This document shows positions 12,793 through 25,721 of a stretch of DNA of 64,000 nucleotides, in pieces. The stretch spans positions 1,364,001 to 1,428,000 of the forward strand of contig NW_027361688.1 of assembly GCF_039654945.1 (NCBI RefSeq), read 5' to 3'. The position numbers and the translations under genes were made by a program. The notes under the pieces are model-generated. The model was not told the origin of the DNA, made no database searches, and worked only from the letters and a program-made list of their open reading frames with translations. The stretch's first letter is position 1. The number at the start of each line of letters is the position of its first letter. The DNA comes from Dendrobates tinctorius. Its lineage: Eukaryota.

Positions 12793-13103
12793 ACCCACAT
12801 CTTCTGAGGAGAAGCTACAGCTCCTGGGGAGGGAGAGGGGGAAGGGGCTGCTGATAGTCCTGTGCTGGGATGATTGCAGCCTGTGCTGCTGCAGCTGGAT
12901 ACATTGCAGGCACTAATGGGTTAACACTGAGGGCCTGGGGGTGAGTAATCTGGAGCTGCCTGTGGGCGGAGCCATAGCCCTACTGAGTGATGATTGGATG
13001 TGCACATGGGCTGATGGTTTCTTCTGCTCTTTGTTCTCTGTAACATGTGGTGTCAGGATGGCGGTGGTGGATCTGCTCTTGTCAGGCTGGGAGCTGTGAT
13101 TAC

Positions 13104-13345
13104 AGGGGTAGTTCCATCTCCAAGATCCTATATTAACAAATACCTCCAATTAGAAATGTAGTATAGTTCTCCTGATTTACTATTTCTCTTTCCTCTGCAG
13201 TTATTGCAGGACCTTAGATATCCATGATTACCAACACTAGCAACTATGTAAATACTATATACTATACTATATTTCTAATTTGAGGTATTTGCTATTATTC
13301 TACCTTCTCCATATTGGATAGTATCTTGGAGCTGGGAATACCCCT
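13104..13345. mobile_element. T2/Kolobok-type MITE
   Basis: AGGGGTAGTTCCATCTCCAAGAT...ATCTTGGAGCTGGGAATACCCCT|TTAA; the left TSD is degenerate. Mirrored at ~36208-36503. Confidence 0.7.
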
Positions 13346-14419
13346 TTAAATATCTGGTAGTGGTGAGTGAACCATATATATGGGGTGATAGTTTATGTTT
13401 TTAGGGGTTATACAGCACTACATGGAGGGTAAACTACATCATGTGTCAGTATACAGAGCTATGTGGCGGTATACTACGCTATCTGGGGCAGAACAGCATA
13501 TCAGGATTATACAGCGCTATATGGGGGTAAACAGTACAATATGGGGGTGGAAAGCATAGAGGCATCAACAGCACAATCTGTGTATACAGCACTGGATGAA
13601 CGGGATCGTGAAGGAAACCATGTTGTCTCCATCTTGTTCCCTGAAGTAGCCATGTACATGGACTTTTCTCCCTGCATCCCCCAACCTTGAAGAACAAGTT
13701 CTGTCCTCTGTATTCCCACAGGCCACATCCATTGTGCTTGTCAGGACCACCCTGAATACCTGCAATTCTTCTGTTTACCTCTCTAGATAACCAGAAATTT
13801 ACATTATGTGTATAATAATAGCAGTGTGATTAACAGAACTGAGAAGAAGCGGACTCCTCATAATAGCATTTATCTCCATATATACAGAGGCGCTGGGAGC
13901 CGCACACTCAGTTCTGAATGAAAGCATCAACAAAATAGACATTTTTAGAGTAAAAAGGAATTATCAGCTGCTCAAACAACCAGCAGTGTCTGCAGATTCA
14001 TTCACAAACTGGAAACATTACAGTATAAACCGAAGTTTGTTTCCAGATGTCGCCTTTCTGCACTAATATTCAGCTATATAACCTTTACTTCTGATAACCG
14101 CTGTGCATCTGTGTGGCGCGGAGTCACTGACACCTGCGGACAGATATTCCAGACATTCCATAGTTCTTTCCCATGATGCCTGGTGTGTGATAATTGCGCC
14201 GAACCTGTAACATCTGCCTCCGCATGGTTCCCCTCACCACTATGGCCGCAGCAGCATCCTCTTCCCCCTCGCTTGACCTCATCTGCAGACCTGCTTCTAA
14301 ACCTTAGATCCCTCCTTCTAAAGCACAACATAAGCCCTACATGCTCCCTCTCCAACCTCCTCTCACTCTCTCTGCTCCTCCTCACTGCTGGTGACATATC
14401 TCCCAATTCTAATCCTTAA

Positions 14420-15029
14420 AGTGAATCTGTCACCCTTTTTTTGGAGTATGAGCTGCCGGCTTTGATGTAAACTGAAAGATAAGAAAAAAGAGTTAGATTA
14501 TACTCACCCGAGGGGTCGGTCCGGTCCGATGGGTGTCGCCGTCCGGTTCGGCGCCTCCCATCTTCATACGATGTCGTCCTCTTCTTCCCTTCCTGTCGCG
14601 GTCCGACTCCTCCCATCTTCATACGATTCTGTCCTCTTCTTTCCTCCCTGTCGTGGCTCCGGCGTTGGCGCACTGTTCTGCCCTGTTGAGGGCAGAGCAG
14701 AGTCCTGCAGTACGCAGTGCCAGGAGAGGTCTGGCGCCTGCGCACTGCAGTACTCTGCTCTGCCCTCAACAGGGCAGAGCAGTGCGCCTGCGCTGGAGCC
14801 ACGACAGGAAGGGAAGAAGAGGACGGCATTGCTGCAAGATGGGAGGCGCCGGACTGCAACACCCATCAGACCAAGATCGGACCGCCTCCTAGTGAGTATA
14901 ATAGAACTCGTTTTTCTTATGTTTCAGGTCACATCGGAGGCTTATCTACAGCGTTACAGAATGCTGTAGATAAGCCCTTGATGTCGATGCCGGCAGCTCA
15001 TAGTCCAAAACAAGGGTGACAGATTCCCT
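14420..15029. mobile_element. T2/Kolobok-type palindromic MITE
   Basis: TTAA|AGTGAATCTGTCACCC...GGGTGACAGATTCCCT|TTAA with long internal inverted repeats. Mirror at 34528-35133. Confidence 0.85.
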
Positions 15030-15086
15030 TTAAAAGCTAAATACCTACTAATACTTTTCCATCCTGTTATTCCCTAGCTACTATAA

Positions 15087-15969
15087 GGCTATGTGCACAT
15101 GTGCGGAATTGTCGCGGATATTTCCGCAGCAATTCCGCAGCTCCCTGCCGTGGGAAATTCGCATGCGGAATTCCCTTGAAAAACTAGCGTTTTGCAAGCC
15201 TAATTAGAATGCAGAATGCCAGCGTTCTCCAAGTGATCTGTAGCATCGCTTGGAAAACTGATTGACAGGTTGATCACACTCGTAAAACGTAGTGTTTGAC
15301 AAGTCTGACCAACTTTTTACTATTGATCCTGCCTATGCGGCATCAGTAGTAAAAAGATATAATGTTAAAAATAATAAAAAAATAAATCGTGATATTCTCA
15401 CCTTCCGGAGTCCCCCGCAGCGTCCCCAGGCCTCAGCGATGCTCCCAGCAGGTCCCGTTCCCAGCGATGCCTTGCGATAATGACCCCAGATGACGTAGCA
15501 TCACGCGAGACCGCTACGTCATCACTGGTCATATACGCAAGGCATCTATGGGAACGGGAGTTGGCGGGAGCATCGCTGGGGACGCCGGAAGGTGAGAACA
15601 TCAACGATATTTTTTTTTATTTCTTTTTTTAACAGTGAAATGGTACCCAGGGCCTGGAGGACAGTCGCCTCTCCTCCAGACCGTGGGTATCATCCGCACA
15701 TTTTCCGCTTACTTTGCGCATGATGTGCATAGCCACATGCGGAAAGTAAGCGGAACAATGCATTCCTTTGTGTGTGGAATCCCTGCGATTCCGCAAGAAG
15801 AATAAGCATGCTGCGTATTTTTCCGCGATGCGATTCCGCCACAGACAAATACGCAGCATTAGCACAGCATGTGCGGAATGCCATTGAATATAATGAGTTG
15901 CTTATTTTATGCGTTTCCGCGGCAAAAACGCATAAACTCCGCGGCAATTCCGCACATGTGTACATAGCC
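15087..15969. mobile_element. PIF/Harbinger-like MITE
   Basis: TIR GGCTATGTGCACATGTGCGGAATTG / CAATTCCGCACATGTGTACATAGCC with TAA/TCA flanks. Mirror at 33589-34470. Confidence 0.8.
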
Positions 15970-16877
15970 TCAATCTACCAAACCTCTCCAGTGTAATACG
16001 CACCCAGTTGACCCCCACTCCATCTTTCTGAAGCACTATTCAACACCATTCCACCTGCGACAAACTCCATGCCATTCATGACCTCTTTACCATCTTCCTG
16101 GGCCAGAGAAACATGGATGATGGGAGAGTTGGTCGCCTGCTTTTTAACAACTTCAACTCAATCCTATCTCTACCCTCCATTCATCTGAAGTGCACTCTGT
16201 CCGTATCCACTCTCCAAGTGGACGTGTGTTACACACCTGTCCCAGACCTGGGTCCTCCTCCCTTCACATCAGGCTTTACAGGTTCCCTGACATATGACAT
16301 AATCTCCCTAGGCCTTTAAAGGCCCATTATGACACAGACCTGTATCTTCGGATTGCTATTCAAGACTCTAGTGTTGTGCACGTCTGTGCTGATCCTGCTT
16401 TTATGTCTGCATACTTCACTTCTTCCATCCAGCTGCTCCCAAGACTCTTGTGTGTGCCACGTCCTCGTTTCCTACATGCTATCCTGCTAGCTACACCAAT
16501 GCCGTGGGCCCGTGTACCCACCTTGGCTTAGCGGGTACACTTCACAAGGTGAGCCTGACACCATTATATACCGACCTGTGGGCTCCGTTTTTTTTCGATC
16601 ACTTCTCCACGTTCTCTCTTCTGACATTCCCACCATCATCGTAGGCGATTTCAAAACACCAACTGACACCCACCAATCTGCAGCCTCCAAACTCCTATCA
16701 CTTCCTTCACAATGATTCTCCACATAAATCCACACAGACGGAGATACAGTAGATCTCTTCACCCACCTCTGTTCCCTATCTAACCTTACAGCCTCATCTC
16801 TACCCCTTGCTGACCACTCTCTACTAATTTTCTCATCCTTGTCCTCTTCACCTACTCCAAGTCCCGCAGCTAGCGCA

Positions 16878-18049
16878 TGTAGGGAGAAGGCTGGGATGAA
16901 GAAGACGTCGTGGAACAAGGGGGTTGTGATGATGTTTCATTCTATGCATTAATGTGTGATACAGTAATGTTATAGTTTATCCTTATGGCCAGTGTTGTGT
17001 GTTTGGTTCTCCTATAGGCTATACCTAAGCCTGTCCCTTGGAATCTGGGAGGTCTGTCCACTAGGGGAACCATACATCATACAGTACATAGGGGCACAGT
17101 TTGCACTACACTAGTGATTAGATAGTTAATAGAGTTGGGATTAGCCCACAGTTTGAGGGGTTAGATAAGCTTTTATAGAAAATGTTTTCTGGGTTACAGT
17201 GAGTCAGACACAGGATAGTCAGAGTCCAGGACTGAGTCAAGTTCTGGGTGCAGTGGAGAGCAAGGCTAAACACAGCAGAGTTAGCAGTTTCTAGTGCAGC
17301 TAAGCTGCATCCGAAGAGAATGGGACAGTTCAGTGTAAGTTTCCTAGAAGAATGAGGACACATCTTTGGTCACATCTGGACGCAAGGACCGTCTTGGACT
17401 TAAGGTCCAAAAGAGGTACAGATAGTCTCACCTCTGTCTCCCTGATAAGGAAGATGTCAGCTGGGTGGCAGAGTGAGGTGAAGATGGTGAATCTCAGGAC
17501 AGGAACAAGGGCTGATGGATCACAAAACTAAGGGAATATCACTAAAAGAGACAAAGGCCGGGGTCAGACTTGCGAGAAACTCGAACGAGTCTCGCACGTC
17601 ATCCGAGCAACAGTGCACTGTTGCTCGGATCAAAGTGTTCAGCTGCATTTATTTCTACACAGCTGAACGCTACGATCCGAGTGCCGGAGGCAGTCTCGGG
17701 TATTGACATGCGAGACTCGTCCGAGTTTCTCGCAAGTCTGACCCTGGCCTAAATCTGTATGCTGCAGCCATGTGTAAATGAATTGCACAGTAAAGTTGGA
17801 CCTGTTATCCTGGACCCAAGGTCTTCTGTCTTGTTTGCAGCCGAAATCAGTCCCTTGGACAGAGAGGTAACAAGGGCTCCCGGAGTAAAAGTGAGTAAAG
17901 AATGTACTCCACCACACAACAAACTCCACCCAGACATCCGTTCAGAACAGGGGTTGTGGGGCAACCGGAACTCCGTTCTGGACCACAGGAAACACAAACA
18001 CATGTACCCTGGCCCTGTTTCAGGCTCCCACACAGAAACCTCACACACA
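16878..18049 (+). mobile_element. Putative solo LTR
   Basis: Begins TGTAGGG, has an AGTAAA polyA-like signal at ~17789 and ends ...CACACA. It interrupts the old L2. TSD not resolved. Confidence 0.4.
17556..17749. mobile_element. Harbinger-like MITE
   Basis: GGCCGGGGTCAGACTTGCGAGAAACTCG...CGAGTTTCTCGCAAGTCTGACCCTGGCC. The mirror copy at 29614-29807 has a TTA/TTA TSD. Confidence 0.8.
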
Positions 18050-18869
18050 GGGTCGGACTAGCCCACTGGAGAACCGGAGGATTCTCCGGTGTGCCCAGGC
18101 ACTGACAACTGGCATACTGGCCAGCAGGTGCCTAGGGCTACCACTGCCTCCAGGGGCCCCCAGCCAGTGGGCAGCTAATATGGGGGCCCCTGGTGCCAGC
18201 GGAGCAGCAGGGGGGGTGACAGGAAGCAGAAGCTGGCTGCTGCTGTCCCGCTGCTAAAGAAAAATTAACATTCACCGCTCTGTGGGAGGAGCCAAGAGCA
18301 GGACTCCTCCCAGCACGAGGTCACCACAACTCCTGGCTCCTGCTCAGAGCTACTTAGAGAGCAGAGTGGGCCTCACTGATAACAGCTGACATGTTCAGCT
18401 GTTGCAGACTGCGGAGCCATCGGGGCATTACTTGTGTAAGGGGCCAGGTCAGCAGAGGCAAGGAGGAGGGGCCCGGACTAACTGACACAGCTGGCAGCAC
18501 ATCTCACACACTTTGGGCCTCACCTCTTTTCCTCCTGCTCATTGGGCTCCAGGTACAGGGGTGGCACTTTCCTGCTGGGCCGGTGGCATTATGGGCCTAC
18601 TGCATCGCTCCTCTGATGTCGCTGCACTTGGTGCCCAGATGCAATGCACAAGGTCCTCACTGCACTGGTTCTGTGCATAGCTCGGTGCCACCTCCAGCTC
18701 TGGCTCTGCCTCCATCTTCTCCCACATCCTCCTGCACTGAACATCAAGGCAGCAGTGACAGGAGCTCAGCAGGAAGAGACTGGAGCCAGAAAAGCCAATT
18801 CTGTGACGCTGCCTCCTAGTGGCTCCAGAACTAGGGCTTCTCAGTGGGCTGCAGGAGGGACGGTTGAGC

Positions 18870-19325
18870 CTAGACTGTATGGGCTCCTTCCAGGTGCCTG
18901 ACTGCAGCCCATACAGTCTAGCCAGCTCACTACTGAAGATGCTAGACTGCATGGGCTCCTTCCAGGTGCCTGACTGCAGCCCATACAGTCTAGCCAGCTC
19001 ACTACTGAAGATGCTAGACTGCATGGGCTCCTTCCAGGTGCCTGACTGCAGCCCATACAGTCTAGCCGGCTCACTACTGAAGGTGCTAGACTGTATGGAC
19101 TCCTTCCAGGTGCCTGACTGCAGCCCATACAGTCTAGCCGGCTCACTACTGAAGGTGCTAGACTGTATGGACTCCTTCCAGGTGCCTGACTGCAGCCCAT
19201 ACAGTCTAGCCGGCTCACTACTGAAGGTGCTAGACTGTATGGACTCCTTCCAGGTGCCTGACTGCAGCCCATACAGTCTAGCCGGCTCACTGGTGAAGAT
19301 GCTAGACTGTATGGGCTCCTTCCAG
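18870..19325. repeat. 72-bp minisatellite of hairpin units (~6 copies), decaying to a ~40-bp unit up to ~19745
   Basis: Unit TAGACTGTATGGGCTCCTTCCAGGTGCCTGACTGCAGCCCATACAGTCTAGCCAGCTCACTACTGAAGATGC. Confidence 0.95.
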
Positions 19326-19917
19326 GTATATTTTCTTTAAGAAAGCAGACATTATGGGCTGCTGCCTGGCCTGACTGCAGCCCATACATGACACTAGAAT
19401 GTATGTGCTCCTTCAAGGTACAAATTATTAAAGCCAGCCGAATATATAGGCTCCTTCCAGGTCCTAACTGCAGCCCATACAGTCTAGTCGGCTCACTACT
19501 GAAGATGCTAGACTGTATGGGCTCCTTCCAGGTCTATATTATTGTAGATGCAGACTGTACAGGATCCTGTCAGGCATATATTATGGTTGATATAGACTGT
19601 ACGGTCTCCTGTCAGGTATATATTATTGTAGATATAGACTGTATGGGCTCCTGTCAGGTATATATTATTGTAGATAGACTGTATGAGCCCCTGTCAGGTA
19701 TATATTAGTGATGATATCAGAATGTATGGGCCTGTCAGGTATACAGTTATGCTCAAAAGTTGACATAGCCCGGCAGAATTATTGCTTTCTTGGCCTTTTT
19801 TCAGAGAATATGAATGATAACATAACTTTTTCTCCACTCATGGTCAGTGTTTGGGTGAAGCCATTTATTGTCATACTACTGTGTTTTCGCTTTTTTTAAT
19901 TACAATGACAACCCAAA

Positions 19918-20045
19918 ACATATCCTGCTGTATACCCCCATATAGTGCTACATACCCTCCATATCCTGCTGTATACCCCCATATAGTGCTATATACCCTC
20001 CATATCCTGCTGTATACCCCCATATAGTGCTATATACCCTCCATA
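19918..20045 (-). repeat. 41-bp satellite, ~3 units
   Basis: Reverse complement of the 52113-53092 unit. Confidence 0.9.
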
Positions 20046-20053
20046 CCTCTCCA

Positions 20054-20358
20054 TCTACACTGCCCTGGGACTACAGCCCTACCTGTGGAGGGCCACAACA
20101 TCAAAGCTGCACCACACCATCTGTCCCAGAGGATCTGTCTGCATTGTCGGCTTAACATCTTCATTGCCGAACACCACAGGTAGCGTCACGAATCATTCAC
20201 TCAAACTTTAATCATCATCCACACGTTCAACATTTCCCTTTTACAATGGACGCCCAGGGCCACGGACCGGGTCACAGCTACGGTGACATCTCCCATTGAA
20301 ACCAATGGGCCCGGTACCGAGTACCCCACCAGCCATGGCGGGCGATCCAACTTGGCGG
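20054..20358 (+). mobile_element. 3' part of a related LTR plus the start of a PBS
   Basis: Diverged inverted homologue of 20362-20652. Ends GGGCGATCCA, followed by ACTTGGCG. Confidence 0.65.
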
Positions 20359-20361
20359 AAA

Positions 20362-23300
20362 TGGGTCGCCCTCGCACACCCAGGGCAGCGGGGTACTCGG
20401 TACCGGGCCGGTGTCAAGGTGGGAATGTGTCACAGCAGTGGTGACCCGTTCCGTGGCCCTGGGTGCCCAATATCAATGGCGGTGATGTTAATGGTGTTAA
20501 AGTTTATTAGAATAGTTTGTGACGCCACCTGTGGTGTTTGGCAAGTAAGATGTTGAGCCAACGCTGCATGCAGATCCGCTGGGACTGATGGTGTGGTGCA
20601 GCAAAGATGGTGTAGCTCCCCACAGGTGGAGCTGTAGTCCCAGGGCAGTGTAGGTGTAATGGATGAGGAGAGGCACAGAATGGTATAGATGCTGATACCC
20701 AGGTGTAGTGGTGCGGGAATAACTGGAGGACACCCGAGTATGCGGTTCCAAATCTTTACTCACTGTTTGCAGTTCACTCCACTACCTGCCTCCGTACTGT
20801 GTTCTCCAAGTCAGGGCTCCAGGCAGGATAGGATTCTCCCTTCCAGACTCCGCCAACATGTACCTTACTGAACGACTCCTCCAATGCGCCTTTAGGTGCG
20901 AAGCACTCCAGTACTTAGTTACCCTGGAATGCCTCTCTCTAGGTGTTCCTAGTCTTTACTTGTATGACAGACAGCTGTAGCCTGCTTCGGGGACTCCTCA
21001 CTGCGTCCCGGCTCTCTTCAGTTGCTGTTGTGTCCCAAGTCTATGATGGGAGCAAGGCGTTAGTGGCTCACTACTCCGGTGTCTGTTGCCGGACATAAAG
21101 ATCCAATCAACCTCGGGGACCGGGTCCCGGCCTTTGCGCTCTGGACTGGAAGGGTTCTCTATCTTTCTTCAACCAGCTTCCCACCGTCCTTCTATTCTCC
21201 TTCGTTCCAATCTGTTCTCTCTCTCTTATGGAAGGTTAGGTTATCAATCTTATCAGTCTCTTTCTCTGGTCTTTCTCGTGCCAGCAGCCCAGATCACTGG
21301 GACCTGCTGCAGCACGTCCTTCAGACACCCATCTTCTCTCTTCTCTCTCCACTAACCAACCCACTAACCACTCACTAACTCTCACTCTTCCCACTCTTTT
21401 ATATCATCTCACTCCACCCGCCTCCCAGCACATCTCATGTTATGAAGCAGCGTTCCACAAGGGGTGCTCTGCTAACCCCCAGCCTGAAAATGTTAGGTGG
21501 CCCCACTGAACTATCCTGTGTGTGAAGCGTGGTCAGGAGTTCCCACCTTGCCTGGATGGGGCTCTACACCTTAGGAGAAGGTGCAGTACCTCTGTGGCGA
21601 CTGAAGCCTCAGGGGCGCCACATACCCCCCCCGTTAAACACAGCACGTCCGCAGGCTGTAAGATAACCAAAGGTACAATACAGGAACACACAAACATTTT
21701 TAAATGCTGTTCAACAATACTTATCTAATCTTCCTAATGTAGGAGGCACATTTCTTAAACGTTACAAACAGGTTAACTTCCTATCTTAGCATCAAAAATG
21801 TACTTAAGTGCAATTCCTAGTTCAAAGTGCAATTATTCTTTCTCTCTCTTTCTACTGGACGCAAGACACTGATGATCTGTACTTAGCCTGTCACTTTCAA
21901 TTCTTCAGTCTTTATTCAATTCTCACATTCTATCTCAAAACTTTTCTAATTCCCTGTATCAAATATTCTATAAAAGACATTTACTTTTCACAAGACACAT
22001 TATCAAATACGTTATCATAAAACATTCAAAGATTCTTGCAAAGTGCTGAACACTGCTCCCAGCCGGGCTTTCTTGCAGTGTCCCTTGAGGTAGACATCAT
22101 TCTTCGAAAGGTGTCCAAGCAAAAACATTATCTTCGCAAAGTGTCTTTATATGTAAATCCAAGAAAGGGCACCTAAAGAGGTGCAAACTATTTACAATAA
22201 AAGTTTTTGGACCAATCAGCGTCTATGATCTCCACAGTTCCATTTCAAAAATAACGCTGCCAATCAAAAACTGGGCAACATGATGAACAAAAAGGCAAAG
22301 GCACAACTGGTGCAACAAAACCTCCTGGGTAACAAGATTTTGTAAATTATTTCAACTGTGGTCAATGGAATCCATGATGTATCTCCATACCCATCAACTG
22401 TTCTCCCTTGATAGGTGGTTCCGCTGTTCTGGTACGAGGACTAGCTCCTAGGGCCTCTGCAGTGTGTTGGTGCTGATGAGCAACTGCCTGAGGATTTGGC
22501 AGTGAAGGGATCCCAAGATCACCGTCCCACAATGATCCAGATCCCCCTATGACCTGTAGATGTCGGATCGGGCGCACCGGCTCCAACCGTACCCCCAGCA
22601 GCAGGGTCCTTCCCCTTCTCCCCATCAACCAATTAGGAAGGTCAGGGTATATACCTGGGAGTTCCCGGCGATGCAGTCTGTTGCGGTGCAGACGTGATGG
22701 CAACGGGTGCTGCCTGGCGAGACACCGGGGATGGCGTGGGGCCAGCAGCAGCTCCGGGGTTGCTGGCGGGACCTGCGCAGCCGCGCCAGGTCCGGGCAGG
22801 AGTTTCTCTCCCTCCGCTTCAGCTCCCTGGGCTGTATGCAACGCCTCCGGTATTAACGGCAAAGAAGGGACAGAGTACGCTGCTGATGGCATGGCAGCGG
22901 CTCCAAACTCCGCAACGTCTGCCCAGAAAAGGTCCAGTGCCACAGCGGTGGGTACCGGTGGAGAGGGTACCGCAGGTGTAGGCCCCGCCGGGGCACGCTG
23001 CCGTCTCAACTTCTCCAAAGCTTCATTCTGTTGCAGGCGGGTGGTCAGTTCCATAATTTCCTTGGCTAATTTCCGGCAGTTCATTCCGGAATCAGGGTTG
23101 GAGCCGTCAGCCATGGCGCTGGGGAGATTAAGCTCCCCGCGCTCCGCAGGCCTCCTTCCCTTGCTCTCCAAGATGGCGTTCTGGCGTTCTTCCTCTTGCT
23201 CCGCCCTTTTGCTCGCCACTGGCTTTCTCTGCCCCTCCTTCTGGGGGTGGCGTCTTCTTCCCGCGCCTCCATACCAAGCCAGTATACGAACCCCTAGGGG

Positions 23301-24766
23301 GGTGGGCCATGCATCAGTCACATAGTAATTCAGGCAGGGACGGCCCAAGACTCTTCGCGGTCTTTTCTTTGGACCTCCCATCTCTTCACGCCCTTCTCCG
23401 CGCCAGCGGCCATTTCTAATGTCCATTTTACAGTCTATTAAATTTGGTCTTCTGCACATTTTCAAAAGTTGTAAATCCAAGGCACACAGAACCCGATGGC
23501 ATCGGGTCTCGTCATCCTGTTCATGACGCCAAAATTGGGTCGCCCTCGCACACCCAGGGCAGCGGGGTACTCCAGATCCCCCTCTGACCTGTAGATGTTG
23601 GATCGGGTGCACCAGCTCCAACCGTACCCCCAGCAGCAGGGTCCTTCCCCTTCTCCCCATCAACCCATTAGGAAGGTCAGGGTATATACCTGGGAGTTCC
23701 CGGCGATGCGGTCTGTTGCGGTGCAGGCGTGATGGCAACGGGTGCTGCCTGGCGAGACACCGGGGACAGCGGTGGGGCCAGCAGCAGCTCCGGGTCCGCG
23801 GGGGTTGCTGGCGGGACCTGCGCAGCCGCACCAGGTCCGGGCAGGAGTTTCTCTCCCTCCGCTTCAGCTCCCTGGGCTGTATGCAACTCCTCCGGTATTA
23901 ACGGCAAAGAAGGAACAGAGTACGTTGCTGATGGCATGGCAGCGGCTCCAAACTCCACAAGGTCTACCCAGAAAAGGTCCGGTGCCACAGCGGCGGGTAC
24001 CGGTGGAGAGGATACCGCAGATGTAGGCCCCGCCGGGGCGCACTGCCGTCTCAGCTTCTCCAAAGCTTCATTCTGTTGCAGGCGGGTGGTCAGTTCCATA
24101 ATTTCCTTGGCTAATTTCCGGCAGTTCATTCCGGAATCAGGGTTGGAGCCGTCAGCCATGGCGCTGGGGAGATTAAGCTCCCCGCGCTCCGCAGGCCTCC
24201 TTCCCTTGCTCTCCAAGATGGCGTTCTGGCGTTCTTCCTCTTGCTCCGCCCTTTTGCTCGCCACTGGCTTTCTCTGCCCCTCCTTCCGGGGGTGGCGTCT
24301 TCTTCCCGCGCCTCCATACCAAGCCAGTATACGAACCCCTAGGGGGGTGGGCCATGCATCAGTCACATAGTAATTCAGGCAGGGACGGCCCAAGACTCTT
24401 CGCTGTCTTTTCTTAGGACCTCCCATCTCTTCACGCCCTTCTCCACACCAGCGGCCATTTCTAATGTCCATTTTACAGTCTATTAAATTTGGTCTTCTGC
24501 ACATTTTCAAAATTTGTAAATCCAAGGCACACAGAACCCGATGGCATCGGGTCTCGTCATCCTGTTCGTGACGCCAAAATTGGGTCGCCCTCGCACACCC
24601 AGGGCAGCGGGGTACTCGGTACCGGACCGGTGTCAAGGTGGGAATGTGTCACAGCAGCGGTGACCCGGTCTGTGGCCCTGGGCACCCAATGTCAATGGCG
24701 GTGATGTTAATGGTGTTAAAGTTTATTAGAATAGTTCGTGACGCCACCTGTGGTGTTTGGCAAGTA
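20362..24766 (-). mobile_element. Non-autonomous Gypsy-like LTR retrotransposon
   Basis: 3' LTR 20362-21622 (TGTGGCGCCCC...GGGCGACCCA) preceded by PPT AACGGGGGGGGTA. Truncated 5' LTR at 24581-24766. PBS TGGCGTCACGAACAGGAT at 24559-24576. No RT or integrase motifs. Confidence 0.8.
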
Positions 24767-24769
24767 ACA

Positions 24770-25030
24770 CCCCTTTGCACGCGCAGGACTCTGTCTAGTA
24801 TCTTGTGCCTTGGCGTGTCTCTACACACGCACTCTCTCTTGTACCTTGTGCCTTGGCGTGTCTCTACACACGCACCCTGTCTCGTTTTGTGAACCCTGGC
24901 GTGTCCCCTTCACACGCACCTTGCCTTGCACCTAGCCTTTAACCCTGGCGTGTCCCCTACACACGCACCTAGCCTTGGACCTTGGCGTGTTTCCTAACAC
25001 GCACCATGCCTGGATATCTAACGTGCCTCC
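24770..25030. repeat. Short minisatellite
   Basis: Repeated CCTTGGCGTGTCTCTACACACGCACC-like units. Confidence 0.8.
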
Positions 25031-25339
25031 TTGCCTGAACCCTGGTTTGCCTGCCGGATGTCCGGAACCTGACGATCGCTGCCAGAGATCGTAAGATGGA
25101 TGACTGTGGCCTGATGTCCGGAGCTGATGTCTGCAGCCTGATGCCTTGATCATGTCGATCGTTGCCAGCGGTCCGGAGTCCGATGCCATTGTGCCTTTAC
25201 CTGTACCTAGGTGCCACCTGGCACGTACTATGCTATGGACCTTGGCATGCCCACACGTGCACCTTGCATGTTTTGCTTGTTTTCATGTTTGCACTGTCAT
25301 GGTTTCTTGCCATAATACAAATTCTAACAGTCTATTCAG

Positions 25340-25721
25340 TAGGACTATCAGCTGTGTATCCACCAGACTTCTGCACAACACAACTGATGGTCCCAACCTC
25401 ATTTATAAGGCAAGAAATCCCACTTATTAAACCTGACAGGGCACACCTGTAAAGTGAAAACCATTTCCGGTGATTACCTCTTGAAGCTCATCAAGAGAAT
25501 GCCAAGAGTGTGCAAAGCAGTAATCAAAGCAAAAGGTGGCTGCTTTGAAGAACTTAGAATATAAGACATATTCTCAGTTGTTTCACACTTTTTTGTTAAT
25601 TATATAATTCCACATGTGTTAATTCATAGTTTTGATGCCTTCAGAGTGAATCTACAATTTTCATAGTCATGAAATAAAAAACTCTTTAAATGAGGTGTGT
25701 CCAAACTTTTGGTCTGTACTG
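25340..25721 (+). mobile_element. Tc1/mariner element, terminal fragment
   Basis: C-terminal ..LKLIKRMPRVCKAVIKAKGG.F.. and a Tc1-type end GTGTGTCCAAACTTTTGGTCTGTACTG. Confidence 0.8.

Larger units (their letters stand above)
14290..16860 (+). mobile_element. Old degenerate L2 LINE 5' region (APE endonuclease), interrupted by MITEs
   Basis: LSLSLLLLTAGDISPN leader, DKLHAIHDL and IYRP..LSSDIPTIIVGDF remnants. Confidence 0.65.

Noticed and set aside
18819-19416. 173-aa and 191-aa repetitive ORFs
   Set aside because: By-products of the 72-bp minisatellite; no recognisable domain.
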